The position numbers and the translations under genes were made by a program. Below, piece after piece: positions 22,067-32,245 of a stretch of DNA of 64,000 nucleotides. The first letter of the stretch is position 1. Each line of letters opens with the position of its first letter. The notes under the pieces are model-generated. The model worked only from the letters and a program-made list of their open reading frames with translations, did not search any database and was not told the origin of the DNA. The DNA comes from Nostocales cyanobacterium 94392 (GTDB taxonomy: Bacteria > Cyanobacteriota > Cyanobacteriia > Cyanobacteriales > Nostocaceae): the NCBI GenBank assembly GCA_035285725.1, contig JAYKJL010000131.1, positions 54,485 to 118,484 on the forward strand, written 5' to 3'.

Positions 22067-23119
22067 TTTATCCTTCAAACGAGGACAGTTAACATTTAAC
22101 AGTTCCCTACTGCCTAATCCCCCTGCCTTTGAATTAATTTATCCACAAGCCCAAAATACTGCTGTGGGAGAATGGACTGCCGTAGAATCACAATTAGGGG
22201 GTGTTGACCCTAATGGAAATTGAGAAATTAAAGTGTAATATCTCAATAAACACGGATTTAATATCAAATCCGTGAAATGTAATTGCTGCCCTTAAGAGCA
22301 ATTCAAAATAATTCAATATTACGCGGTACAGGGCGATAGTAAAAAAAACATCTTTGCTACGTGCATTTTCTGCTATCTTAAACAAAAATTAACCTTTTCT
22401 TAGCTCAAGGTTAAGCTATAAGGTGTTAAGTTAAATAGTAATTCACTTTTTGCTGCAACATTTGAACTTCCCCTAAGCCTTTGGAGTATATAAGGTTTGG
22501 GGGATTATCTATTTTAACGTCAGTTCGATGTTCAAGAAGTCGGGTTTTTAGAGAGTTGTAAGTTGATTACAGATATAATTGAAACACAAAGGCTATGGAG
22601 TCTCCGGCAAAAGTGTGTTTGCGATCGCAAAGCACATTGATAAATACTACTTTGGGAGTATGCGTTCAAAGCTAGTTTTGAGTATTATTAACCGTATAAC
22701 TAAAAAAAATAATCAGCATAAAAAATATCATTACTTTTTTTGGTTAGAGTAAGTTTTTAACATCATTGGTACCATATTTACAATTTGAAATTAGTTAAAG
22801 ACTTCTACGACTTGCTAGTGAAGGTGTTGAACGAGGTATTTGTAACTTTAGTTTTTTATTCTATAAAAATATATATCCATATCAAAATTAAACTTGTACT
22901 AGTGCTGATAGCTGTATGCCATTATCGATTGTATTCAAGATTTATTTTTTTGTTTAGGTTGATATTACTGAAGTAATTATATTCAATAAATTTTTTCAAT
23001 CTTTTAGAGATTGATATTTAGAATTGTAAAACAACTGTTATATAACATCAAAAGAGTTGTTATCTTATTAGAGCGATAGATAATTATGAGTAAATGCTGT
23101 TCAGGAGATAAAAATAAAA

Positions 23120-23416
23120 ATGCTTGCAATTTATCTGATGCTATTGATTCTTGCTTTGGGTACTATATGGCTGGGATTAAAGATAGCCGAAGAAGTCTAT
23201 CGTATTGCAGTAGTATTTACTGGAGTAATACTTTTGATAATGGGGTTTGTATTGGCTCCATCATTTATACAAATAGCTAGTGTATTGCTGTTATTTGGAG
23301 TTTACCAACTCTATGTTTGGCAACCGAAATTTAATATACTTGTGAAAAACGAAGTTCAAGTTGTGGAAACAGTTAAATGTGTAGGTTCTAACTGTTCGAT
23401 GGTAAATGTTGATTAA
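23120..23416 (+). CDS. Small hypothetical membrane protein (2-3 TM)
   Basis: Hydrophobic 98-aa ORF; purine-rich sequence precedes the ATG. Confidence 0.6.
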   Translation: MLAIYLMLLILALGTIWLGLKIAEEVYRIAVVFTGVILLIMGFVLAPSFIQIASVLLLFGVYQLYVWQPKFNILVKNEVQVVETVKCVGSNCSMVNVD

Positions 23417-23656
23417 TTGAATAACCGAACTTTATGAATTGTTAAAGACTTTATAGTGTACTAGCTTTTGAATGTTCGTAGTACTTATTAGTAGTACTTA
23501 GAAGAATCTAAAATCTCAAAACCCCAATTGCGATAAGTAAAAACTCCGCACTCCTTTGCGTTTCTTTGCGTTAAAAATATATAATACGAATTCGCAATTA
23601 ACAAACCCGGCATTGGTGAATAAAAAGATTAATTGATGATTTTACACGTAGAAATA

Positions 23657-24036
23657 CCGGGAGCGAGGTCACGCCCCGTGTTTTTAACCCGGGGTGGAAA
23701 AGCGACGCGAGCAGATTTATCTGCATTCAAAAAAATGCTAAAATGTTAACAGCAAGTAGGAATAACCATCTACGTGATGAAACATCCTAGTAAGGCGAAA
23801 TCCCTGCAACGTAGACCCGACTATTGATTAGCACGACTAAACGAGCAAGTAATGGCAGGATGTTGAGCGTACCATATTGGCATAGTGATGGACTCGGAAA
23901 GCAAAATAATTAGTGAAAGTAAGCGCAATTGCAGCATCTTTAGAGGTAGTTGTTTTGAGCGTCTAGGGGGATATTTGACTATCCCTTTTAAGCAAGTCTT
24001 AAAGAATCTGCCTCTCTTTAGAAGGCAGAGTGTCAA
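23657..24036 (+). mobile_element. ORF-less IS200/IS605-family derivative (left-end hairpins + TnpB-type right end)
   Basis: Left hairpins CCCCG..CGGGG (23674-23694) and GCAGAT/ATCTGC (23711-23724); right end GAATCTGCCTCTCTTTAGAAGGCAGAGTGTCAA; no transposase ORF. Confidence 0.72.
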
Positions 24037-24045
24037 ACATGATTT

Positions 24046-24068
24046 GAGACGTAGCAATGCTACGTCTC
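24046..24068. repeat. REP-like perfect palindrome GAGACGTAGC-AAT-GCTACGTCTC
   Basis: Relatives at 40346-40366, 48260-48288 and 55992-56020. Confidence 0.75.
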
Positions 24069-24096
24069 TACAAAAATTTTTAATGTACTATAAAAC

Positions 24097-26307
24097 TTAA
24101 CCGATTAAGTTCATCGCTCTTTGTTTCAAAGCTTCCGCAGTCAAACCGTTAAATTTCATTAATTCACCTGCACTGGAAGTGGTTTCTCCACGTTTCCATG
24201 CAAAAGTGTCTCTTTGACAATTACTTCGTAACATTACGGGTTCCAACATCGCTGCTGCACCGCCGGTAACACCAACTAAGGCATCTCCATCAAACATTTC
24301 GGTAAATTTAGCATCATCAACAAAATCGCCGTCTGCTTGCGAACAGACATCCCAAGCTACATCATGGGGACGATATAAACGACGGGGGTTAATGATAGAA
24401 ACGATTTTGACTCCGACATTTTGTTGTTGTAATAATTCCGCAGCTTCGTATACTGGTTTTAACATCATGTCACCAATAACCGCAAAAACAACTTGTTTAT
24501 TTCCAGTGGTTTCTTGTAAAACTATGGCACCATCTGTTAAAGCTTGACGGGATTGTTCAAAGGTGGTAAGAATCGGTAAAGGTGATTTACTAGCGGTAAT
24601 GATGATTCCTTTATTTTTAGTAGTCAATGCCCATTGGTAACAAACTTGAATGCTGTTAGCATCAGTAGGGAAAAGTGGGAAAATATTGCCATTACGCATC
24701 ATCGAAGCAAAGTAAGCCTCTATTTCTGGACGTTGATGAGTCCATCCATTACGTCCTTGTTCTAATGCACCAGCGGTAAATAAAGTTATTGTAGAAGGTG
24801 TAGCGCGACGTAATTCTGCCATTGCTTGAGTTACAGTTTGCCAAATTGGTAAACCGTTGATGGCGAAGGATTCGTAAGAACACCACAAACTGCGTCCTCC
24901 CATCAAGCATAAACCAGCAGCTAAACCGGCACAAGCATCTTCGCTCAAGGGTTCGTAAACTTGTCCTTGGGGAGCTTGGTTGTAAGTATCATCTGTTGTC
25001 GGGTGGATAATTTTTAAAGCTTGGTTAATATTACCAATACCGGATGCAGCGTTTCCATCAGCGTTGGTAACTAAGAAATTCTTGTCAGCTTGTCCCACCT
25101 TCCCTACTAAAACTCCCATAGCCGTAGTAGAAACTTTTGCTTCTCCACCGACTTCAAACTCTTGCAAAGGTAACTCACCTAGTTCAGATAATTGTAACTC
25201 AAATTCTGTCACCGCAGTTTTCCCAGCCGGTCCACCACCAGCGCGATCGCAATTTGTTCGGACTAATTCCCAAGCTTCTACGGGTAGAGCGCGTTTTTTC
25301 AATGCTTCTATGATATGAGGTGCATCTAAAGTATCCTGGGGATAAAGGTTGTGAGATTTAGAACCTGTAGCGTGAACTCCAGCACCTTTGAGTTGTTTAA
25401 TAATAAATACGGTTAGTTTACCACCAAGGGCAGATTTTGCGGCTCGATCGACTCCTTGAATAACAGATGAAGTAAATGCTAATCTTTGCTCAAAGGAAAA
25501 TTCGGTACTATCAACATATTCCCCTGGTTGATTTTGATCCTCAAAGTCTTTGGCATTAATTAAAACGACTTCCTCAAAACCGTTTCCGCGCCAATAGTGG
25601 ATCATCTCTTCGTTGGTTTTCAAGGAAACCATACTATGATGTTCCTGACTGTAACCATTCCACACCAACACGGGGAGAAAATTGGTAATTGTGGGAAAAG
25701 CTGTGTTAAAATGCGCCATTGAACTCATGATATAAGGTTCCCCTAAACCTCCATCACCAACAGTAAAGGGAAATAATTTATCTTGATTTAAATAAGCCGC
25801 AGCCATTGCAAAATGTTGACCTTGACCTAAAGGACCCGCAGGTGCAAGAATACCAGGAATCATTCCCGAAAGGTGTCCCAGTAGTCCGTGTTTTTCACGG
25901 TAACGTTCCCGTAATTGTTCCACGGTCATAATACCCATATCTTCTAGGGAACGGTCAAGAAACATGGCACTATAAAATCCGGGAGCGTGGTGTCCTACTT
26001 CGGTGATAATATTTTTGTAACCGAGCATGACTAAAGCAGCGTAAGCTTCCGCTTGAGATGCAAAACCACCCGGATGTCCTGAAGCTTTACTGCCAGTAAT
26101 TTGTAATGTTAAATAACGTAAAGCATCAGCATAAAGTAAAGTTTGGTAAATTGCTGTGGTATCTTGAGTATCGCTAATGGCGGTTTTGCCTTCTGGTATG
26201 GCAGTTTGCTTACCGTATTGCTCAAAATTCGGTAAAGCTTCCCCAAAATATTGAATACCTTCACAAAACTTGGGAATTGATGTTGCTTTGGGTGTTGTTG
26301 CTGTCAT
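24097..26307 (-). CDS. xfp: Phosphoketolase (TPP-dependent, cyanobacterial type)
   Basis: SGHPGG, EVGHHAPG, AGPLGQG, TPP motif GDGGLGEP...N, EPLSEDACAG, GRNGWTHQRP. Confidence 0.85.
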   Translation of the reverse strand: MTATTPKATSIPKFCEGIQYFGEALPNFEQYGKQTAIPEGKTAISDTQDTTAIYQTLLYADALRYLTLQITGSKASGHPGGFASQAEAYAALVMLGYKNIITEVGHHAPGFYSAMFLDRSLEDMGIMTVEQLRERYREKHGLLGHLSGMIPGILAPAGPLGQGQHFAMAAAYLNQDKLFPFTVGDGGLGEPYIMSSMAHFNTAFPTITNFLPVLVWNGYSQEHHSMVSLKTNEEMIHYWRGNGFEEVVLINAKDFEDQNQPGEYVDSTEFSFEQRLAFTSSVIQGVDRAAKSALGGKLTVFIIKQLKGAGVHATGSKSHNLYPQDTLDAPHIIEALKKRALPVEAWELVRTNCDRAGGGPAGKTAVTEFELQLSELGELPLQEFEVGGEAKVSTTAMGVLVGKVGQADKNFLVTNADGNAASGIGNINQALKIIHPTTDDTYNQAPQGQVYEPLSEDACAGLAAGLCLMGGRSLWCSYESFAINGLPIWQTVTQAMAELRRATPSTITLFTAGALEQGRNGWTHQRPEIEAYFASMMRNGNIFPLFPTDANSIQVCYQWALTTKNKGIIITASKSPLPILTTFEQSRQALTDGAIVLQETTGNKQVVFAVIGDMMLKPVYEAAELLQQQNVGVKIVSIINPRRLYRPHDVAWDVCSQADGDFVDDAKFTEMFDGDALVGVTGGAAAMLEPVMLRSNCQRDTFAWKRGETTSSAGELMKFNGLTAEALKQRAMNLIG

Positions 26308-26459
26308 GCCGATTACCTTGTGTATGAGGAGAAACTCTATATTTTGGTTTAACTTAACCCAAATTTTACAACTTTAAGGTAAAGAGAGCTAATTGTGATT
26401 TCTCAAGTCATGCATAAAAAATTTCAATCAAGGGAGTAGGGAATAGGGAGAATCATTGT

Positions 26460-26565
26460 AAAAACCCGACTTCTAACCCCACGACTCTCACAGAAGTCGG
26501 GTTTTTTCGGATAAATGTTGTGTAGTAACAGAGAATTCTTGTAAAAACCCGACTTCTAACCCCAC
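26460..26565. repeat. Tandem cluster of AGAAGTCGGG-family elements between inverted (GGGAGTA)/(TACTCCC) STRRs
   Basis: One half copy plus one full copy; STRRs at ~26431-26450 and ~26640-26672. Confidence 0.8.
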
Positions 26566-26686
26566 AATTATTGCGGAAACTGCATACTGTGTAAATAGGC
26601 GTACTTGCCACTGATAGCAATTAATTCTGGATGTTATTTTCTACTCCCTATTCCCTAATCCCTACTCCCTCCTTCCTTAAGCATTT

Positions 26687-26920
26687 ATGACAAACATTGA
26701 ACTTTCTGATTTAAAAGTAGGAGAAACAGCAGTAATTTTAGAATTATCATGTGAAGCAAGTTTACAGCAGCGTTTGTTAGCTTTAGGTTTTCGTCCAGGT
26801 AAACGCATCAAAATACTCAGAAAAGCCTGGTTAAATGGTCCTTTACACATCAAAGTTGGCACAACAGAAGTGATGGTACGTCGTCGAGATACTTCTGCTA
26901 TTCAGGTTAGCAAAGATTAA
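26687..26920 (+). CDS. feoA: Ferrous iron transport protein A
   Basis: LSDLKVGE...RLLALGFRPG...GPLHIKVGTTEVMVRR. Confidence 0.92.
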   Translation: MTNIELSDLKVGETAVILELSCEASLQQRLLALGFRPGKRIKILRKAWLNGPLHIKVGTTEVMVRRRDTSAIQVSKD

Positions 26921-27001
26921 TCAGCATAAAATAGAAAATCATCTAGAATCGCATTCACAATCTAAAATCCAAAATTTAAAATTTAAAATCTAAAATTCCC
27001 A

Positions 27002-28855
27002 ATGACTCACTGTAATCCTTCTTCTATATCCGCAGATAATTTATCTACTGAACTCAAACAAATGGCTGTATTAGGAATGCCAAATACAGGGAAATCGACC
27101 TTTTTTAATTGCTTTACAGGTTCCCAAGCGACTATTGGTAATTGGCCAGGAATGACAGTTGATTTAATTATGGCACAGGTTAGTTTAAACGAACAACTAG
27201 CCCAAGTAGTAGATTTACCGGGAATATATGATTTACGAGGATTTTCGGAAGATGAAGCTGTCGTACAAAAGTTTTTAGAAACTACACCAGTTCATCTAAT
27301 TATTCTTATTCTCAATTCTACTCAAATTGAGCGACAAATTAGTTTAGCTTTACAAATTAAAAGTTTAAAATTACCCGCAGTATTGTTGTTAAATATGGCA
27401 GATGAAGCACCAAGCTTTGGTGTGAATATTAACTATGAAAAACTCAGCGAACATTTGCAAATACCAGTCATCCCGATTAGTGCTAAATATGGAGAGGGTT
27501 GCGATAAAGCTTTTCAAATAATTTCCGAAAAAATTCAACAGCAAAATCAACCGATAACAGTAGGAAAAGTCAGCGAAAAATTACCATCGGAAACTCAAAT
27601 AAATTCCGAGATGGAATCAATATTAACCGCAACAGTGACGATTAACAGCGAAATTTATGAAAATTTGACAACTCGCTTAGATAATATCTTTCTCCATCCT
27701 ATTTTTGGTTTACCAATATTCTTTATCACCATGTTTTTCATATTTCAATTTATTTATGCTTTGGGAATACCATTGCAAGATTTATTGACAGATGGATTAG
27801 CTTGGTTCAAAGATAATGCATTACAACCTTTGTTAAGTTTTCTCCCCTGGTTAAATACATTTTGGCATAATTTCCTTGTAGAAGGTATTTACGAAGGAAT
27901 TGGTACAGTTGCAGCATTTATTCCCGTGATTTTCTTATTCTTTATTTGTATGGGAATAGTTGAAGATAGCGGTTATTTATCCCGCTCCGCTTTTTTAATG
28001 GACGTATTCATGGAAAGATTAGGTTTAGATGGACGTTCCTTTGTCATGTCATTGATGGGATTTGGGTGTAATGTCCCTGCAATTATGGGATTAAGAGTAA
28101 TGCGATCGCCAGCTTTAAGAATGCTTTCAATGTTGGTAATTCCCTTTTCTTTATGTTCAGCAAGATTGAATGTATTTATCTTCATGACAACGGCATTATT
28201 CACACCCAAACAAGCACCAATAGTTTTATTTAGTCTCTATTTATTTAGCTTTGCTGCGGCAATTTTAACCGCTGCATTATTTAAAGGAATGTTCCCTAAT
28301 TCTGAACCAATGGTATTAGAATTACCTCCCTATCGCTTCCCGACTATCAAACAAATGATAACTAGAGCTTGGAATGAAGCCACAAATTTCTTATTTTGGT
28401 CGCGGAGATTTATTATCTTTGGAGTAGTGATAATTTGGCTGTGCAATAACTTACCTACCAATGTACCACCAGCGAGTTCTCAAACTATTTCTGGGATGAT
28501 TAGTCATGTCACTCAACCGATTTTATCTCCTTTGGGAATCAATTCACAATTAGCAGTAGCTTTGATTTTCGGATTTATTGCTAAAGAAATTGTATTAGGT
28601 GGTTTAGCGATTATTTATAGCGCCCAATCGGAAGCCGGACTTGCTAAAATTATTGCTGAACAAATTGACTGGGTACAAGCTTATAGTTTTATGTTATTTA
28701 CCCTGCTTTATATTCCTTGTTTGTCCACAGTTGCCATAATTAAAAGCGAATCTAAAAGCGATAAACTTACTTGGTTATCAATAGCTTGGTCTTTAGGTTT
28801 AGCTTGGATAGCTAGTTTTATATTTTATCAAGGGGCGAGATTTTTTGGATGCTAA
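27002..28855 (+). CDS. feoB: Ferrous iron transporter B
   Basis: GMPNTGKST, NWPGMTVD, DLPG, NMADE; gate motifs GFGCNVPA, PFSLCSAR, LYIPC. Confidence 0.94.
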   Translation: MTHCNPSSISADNLSTELKQMAVLGMPNTGKSTFFNCFTGSQATIGNWPGMTVDLIMAQVSLNEQLAQVVDLPGIYDLRGFSEDEAVVQKFLETTPVHLIILILNSTQIERQISLALQIKSLKLPAVLLLNMADEAPSFGVNINYEKLSEHLQIPVIPISAKYGEGCDKAFQIISEKIQQQNQPITVGKVSEKLPSETQINSEMESILTATVTINSEIYENLTTRLDNIFLHPIFGLPIFFITMFFIFQFIYALGIPLQDLLTDGLAWFKDNALQPLLSFLPWLNTFWHNFLVEGIYEGIGTVAAFIPVIFLFFICMGIVEDSGYLSRSAFLMDVFMERLGLDGRSFVMSLMGFGCNVPAIMGLRVMRSPALRMLSMLVIPFSLCSARLNVFIFMTTALFTPKQAPIVLFSLYLFSFAAAILTAALFKGMFPNSEPMVLELPPYRFPTIKQMITRAWNEATNFLFWSRRFIIFGVVIIWLCNNLPTNVPPASSQTISGMISHVTQPILSPLGINSQLAVALIFGFIAKEIVLGGLAIIYSAQSEAGLAKIIAEQIDWVQAYSFMLFTLLYIPCLSTVAIIKSESKSDKLTWLSIAWSLGLAWIASFIFYQGARFFGC

Positions 28856-28920
28856 TTTCCCTATTTATTATCAAAAATATGCCATAAAGAAGAGTCCGCA
28901 GGAAACTGCAAAATCTTGAT

Positions 28921-29160
28921 TATTCGTGGGGTTAGAAGTCGGATTTTTAAGATAAATCTGGGTTGTAATAGATAATTACTCCCTTCCCGGCAGAAGATTA
29001 CGGAAAAAAAACCGCAGAGACGCAGAGAGCGCAGAGGAAAGAGCTAAAAAGAGATAGGTAATCTGTTTAGCGGCTCGGGGGAGTATTCGTGGGGTTAGAA
29101 GTCGGGTTTTTAAGATAAATCTGGGTTGTAACAGACAATCATCATAAAAACCCGACTTCT
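28921..29160. repeat. Nested repeat cluster: 56-bp duplication (28921-28976 / 29084-29139) separated by a TACTCCC...GGGAGTA-bounded 109-bp insert
   Basis: 3 mismatches between the duplicates; insert contains CGCAGAG repeats. Confidence 0.78.
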
Positions 29161-29562
29161 TTCTTTACTATTGGTAGAATTCACATTAATTATTAAATAT
29201 CTAAATCTCGACCTATTTTGAATAAAGCTATAGGTATTGACCTTTCAACTCAATAGTGATAAAAATAAATGTCAATAAATTAACTAAGTTTGATATAGTA
29301 GATATCTTGTAGGATTAACAATAATAGTCAAAATTAATTTTTATCTGTCTGAAAATCCACCCTGATCTGAACTTTTTAAATTAAATTAAGTTAATTTATT
29401 TGACAAAAATGTCAATTTAAACACTGATTATGCTTACACAACAATCCTAGACTAATCAAAATAAACAATTTTTCAACAAAAAAATTAAGGTTATATTATA
29501 TACTTGTTTTTGCTAAGGATTACTAATAAAGTAAAAAATATTGCGACTAATTCTTAACAAGT

Positions 29563-30588
29563 TTGGGGAGAAGTAAATTGAAAAAAATCACAGTAGTGAA
29601 ATTCTGCGCCAGTGCTTTAGCAGCTATGATTGTTGGTACAGGGTTAACTGTTAATGCTCAACAGTCAAAGACTCTGACTATTTACTCTGGTAGAGATGAA
29701 AAGCTGATTGGTCCGTTAATTGAGAAAGCCAAAAAAGACTTGAAGCTGAATATTCAAGTTCGTTATGGTGATACAGCCGAATTAGCGATCGCGCTTTTGG
29801 AAGAAGGTAATAATAGCCGTGCAGATATGTTCTTTGCTCAAGATGCGGGTGCTTTAGGTACCTTACAACAACGAGGAAGGACTCTACCGATTCCCGCAGC
29901 AACACTCAATAAAGTCAATTCTCGCTACCGTTCTCCATCGGGTAATTGGATGGGGATTTCTGGTAGAGCGCGGGTAATTAATTACAACACTAAATTAGTC
30001 AAACAGGTTGACTTACCCAAATCAATTTGGGACTTGACACAACCAAAATGGCGAGGTAAAGTCGGTTGGGCTCCAACTAACGGTTCTTTCCAATCCTTTG
30101 TAACAGCAATGCGGAAACTGGAGGGAGACCAAAGAACTATTCAGTGGTTGCGGGCGATGAAAAAGAATGGCGTGAAAGACTACGGCAAAAATACCGCAAT
30201 TCTGGAAGCGCTTGGTCGGGGTGAGATTCATCTAGGATTAGCAAATAACTATTACTTAGGTCGCTTCAAAAAAGCTAATGCTAATTTTCCAGTTGCAGCC
30301 CACTACACTCGTAGAGATGCGGGCTCGATGGTGAATATTGCTGGTGTGTCGGTTTTAAAAACCACCGATCAACGTAGGGATGTAGAGAAGTTGATTAATT
30401 ATCTGCTGACAACTCAATCCCAAAACTACTTCGCTGAACAAACCACTGAATATCCCTTAGTCAGAGGAACAAAAGCACCAGCAGGACAAATTCCTTTGAG
30501 CAGACTCACTCCTCCTCGTTTAGATTTGAGTCAATTATCTGACTTAGAAGGTACCTTGAGAGTTTTACAGCAAGCAGGAGTATTGTAA
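29563..30588 (+). CDS. futA: Fe(III) ABC transporter periplasmic binding protein (signal peptide, no lipobox)
   Basis: IYSGRDEKLI, DMFFAQDAG, WAPTNGSFQ, NNYY Tyr pair, EYP. Confidence 0.88.
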   Translation: MGRSKLKKITVVKFCASALAAMIVGTGLTVNAQQSKTLTIYSGRDEKLIGPLIEKAKKDLKLNIQVRYGDTAELAIALLEEGNNSRADMFFAQDAGALGTLQQRGRTLPIPAATLNKVNSRYRSPSGNWMGISGRARVINYNTKLVKQVDLPKSIWDLTQPKWRGKVGWAPTNGSFQSFVTAMRKLEGDQRTIQWLRAMKKNGVKDYGKNTAILEALGRGEIHLGLANNYYLGRFKKANANFPVAAHYTRRDAGSMVNIAGVSVLKTTDQRRDVEKLINYLLTTQSQNYFAEQTTEYPLVRGTKAPAGQIPLSRLTPPRLDLSQLSDLEGTLRVLQQAGVL

Positions 30589-30591
30589 GCA

Positions 30592-32175
30592 ATGCAAGCG
30601 GTTCGTCCTCCACTTTTTCTGATGCTCACAGCAGGAGTGGTGGCGATCGCCATCATCCTGCCTTTTCTGTATTTGGTAATTCGGGCTGCAAGTATTGGTG
30701 GGGATGGGTTATGGAATTTAATTTCCAATCCTCGCTATCTGATGATTATGTTGAATAGTGCCGGGATGGCAGCAATTGTGACATTTTTGTCAGCGTTGAT
30801 AGCCGTACCTTTAGCATTTTTGACAGTGCGAACGAATTTACCAGGCAGACGCTTTTGGTTGGTGGCAACAACTTTACCCTTAGCGGTTCCTAGTTATGTG
30901 GGTAGTTTTGCGCTGATTGCCACCTTTGCCCCACGGGGTAGCTTGTTACAATTATTGCTCGAACCTTTAGGAGTTGAGGAATTACCCTCGATTTATGGTT
31001 GGCCTGGGGTAATTTTATCATTAACCTTGTTTACTTATCCCTATATGCTGCTGAGTGTGCGTGCTGGTTTGCAAGGAATAGACCCATCCTTGGAAGAAGC
31101 CGGACGCAGTTTGGGCTACAATAGTTTAGAAACCTTTCGACGTGTAGTTTTACCCCAATTAAAACCATCCTTGGTAGCTGGGGGTTTGCTGGTAGCATTA
31201 TATAGTTTGCGTGACTTTGGTACACCATCCTTGATGCAATTTGATGCCTTTACCAGGGCAATATTTATCCAGTATAAAACTAGTTTTGATCGTAACACCG
31301 CAGCGGCTCTATCATTAATGTTAGTTGCCTTGGTGATGGCAATTTTGTGGGTAGAATATCGAGTCAGGAGTCGTGCAGCTTATTATACTCGCGGTTCTGC
31401 GTCGTTGCGTCCTCCGAAAATTATCAAGCTGGGAATTTGGAAATGGGTAGCTTTTGGTTTCTGCTTGGTAATTACCTTGTTAGGAGTAGCATTACCTGTG
31501 GGGACGAGTATATTTTGGTTAGTGCGGGGAATTTTGAATAGCGATTATCAAATTCCCAACTTGTTTCCAGCGATTTTCAACTCAGTTTTCGCAGCCGGAT
31601 TAGCAGGCTTGGTAACAACTATTTTTGCTCTACCGATCGCAATTTTATCGGTGAGGTTTCCTAGTAAAATTACGGCGATGATTGAGCGTTGTTCTTACAT
31701 TGCCTTTGGTTTACCGGGAATTGTGGTAGCTTTAGCAGTGGTATTTTTTGGAGCCAATTATTTATCATTGCTATATCAAACCTTACCGATGTTGGTATTT
31801 GCTTATTTGGTATTATTTGTACCGCAATCGGTAGGAAGCATTCGGAGTTCTTTATTACAAGTTAGCCCTCGATTAGAAGAATCCGCTCGTAGTTTGGGGA
31901 GAACACCTTGGCAAACCTTACGGGAAGTCACCATTCCTTTGGTGAGTCCAGGTTTAGTTAGTGGTGCAGTACTGGTATTTTTAACTGCGATTAAGGAACT
32001 ACCAGCCACAATGATGTTAGCACCGATTGGTTTTAATACCCTAGCGGTGGAAATTTGGAAAGCCACAGAAAATGTTGATTTTGATGATGCTGCATCTGCT
32101 TCCTTAGCGATGTTATTTGTATCAATGATTTCGACATTTTTAGTATTATCTCAGGAGAAAAAAGCCCAAAGCTGA
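30592..32175 (+). CDS. futB: Fe(III) ABC transporter permease
   Basis: Two EAA loops (LEEAGRSLG, LEESARSLG); about 12 TM. Confidence 0.9.
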   Translation: MQAVRPPLFLMLTAGVVAIAIILPFLYLVIRAASIGGDGLWNLISNPRYLMIMLNSAGMAAIVTFLSALIAVPLAFLTVRTNLPGRRFWLVATTLPLAVPSYVGSFALIATFAPRGSLLQLLLEPLGVEELPSIYGWPGVILSLTLFTYPYMLLSVRAGLQGIDPSLEEAGRSLGYNSLETFRRVVLPQLKPSLVAGGLLVALYSLRDFGTPSLMQFDAFTRAIFIQYKTSFDRNTAAALSLMLVALVMAILWVEYRVRSRAAYYTRGSASLRPPKIIKLGIWKWVAFGFCLVITLLGVALPVGTSIFWLVRGILNSDYQIPNLFPAIFNSVFAAGLAGLVTTIFALPIAILSVRFPSKITAMIERCSYIAFGLPGIVVALAVVFFGANYLSLLYQTLPMLVFAYLVLFVPQSVGSIRSSLLQVSPRLEESARSLGRTPWQTLREVTIPLVSPGLVSGAVLVFLTAIKELPATMMLAPIGFNTLAVEIWKATENVDFDDAASASLAMLFVSMISTFLVLSQEKKAQS

Positions 32176-32245
32176 TGGGATTTGAGATAGTCAGGTTTTA
32201 AAAACTAGACTTCTCAATCGGACACAGTTTCATCTGGAACAACAT

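Noticed and set aside
23821-24100. ORFs 23821-24057 (-) and 23885-24100 (+) as TnpB or other proteins
   Set aside because: No zinc-finger/RuvC motifs; they overlap the non-coding IS end
26570-26625. Cobalamin riboswitch, suggested by GCCACTG upstream of feoA
   Set aside because: The other conserved blocks (GGGAA, B12-box GGGAAG, AGYCRGRAGAC) are absent
26460-29160. CRISPR array or composite transposon from the AGAAGTCGGG repeats
   Set aside because: Repeats are inverted arms, not regularly spaced direct repeats; no cas or transposase gene; arm orientation is opposite to that of transposon ends around feoAB
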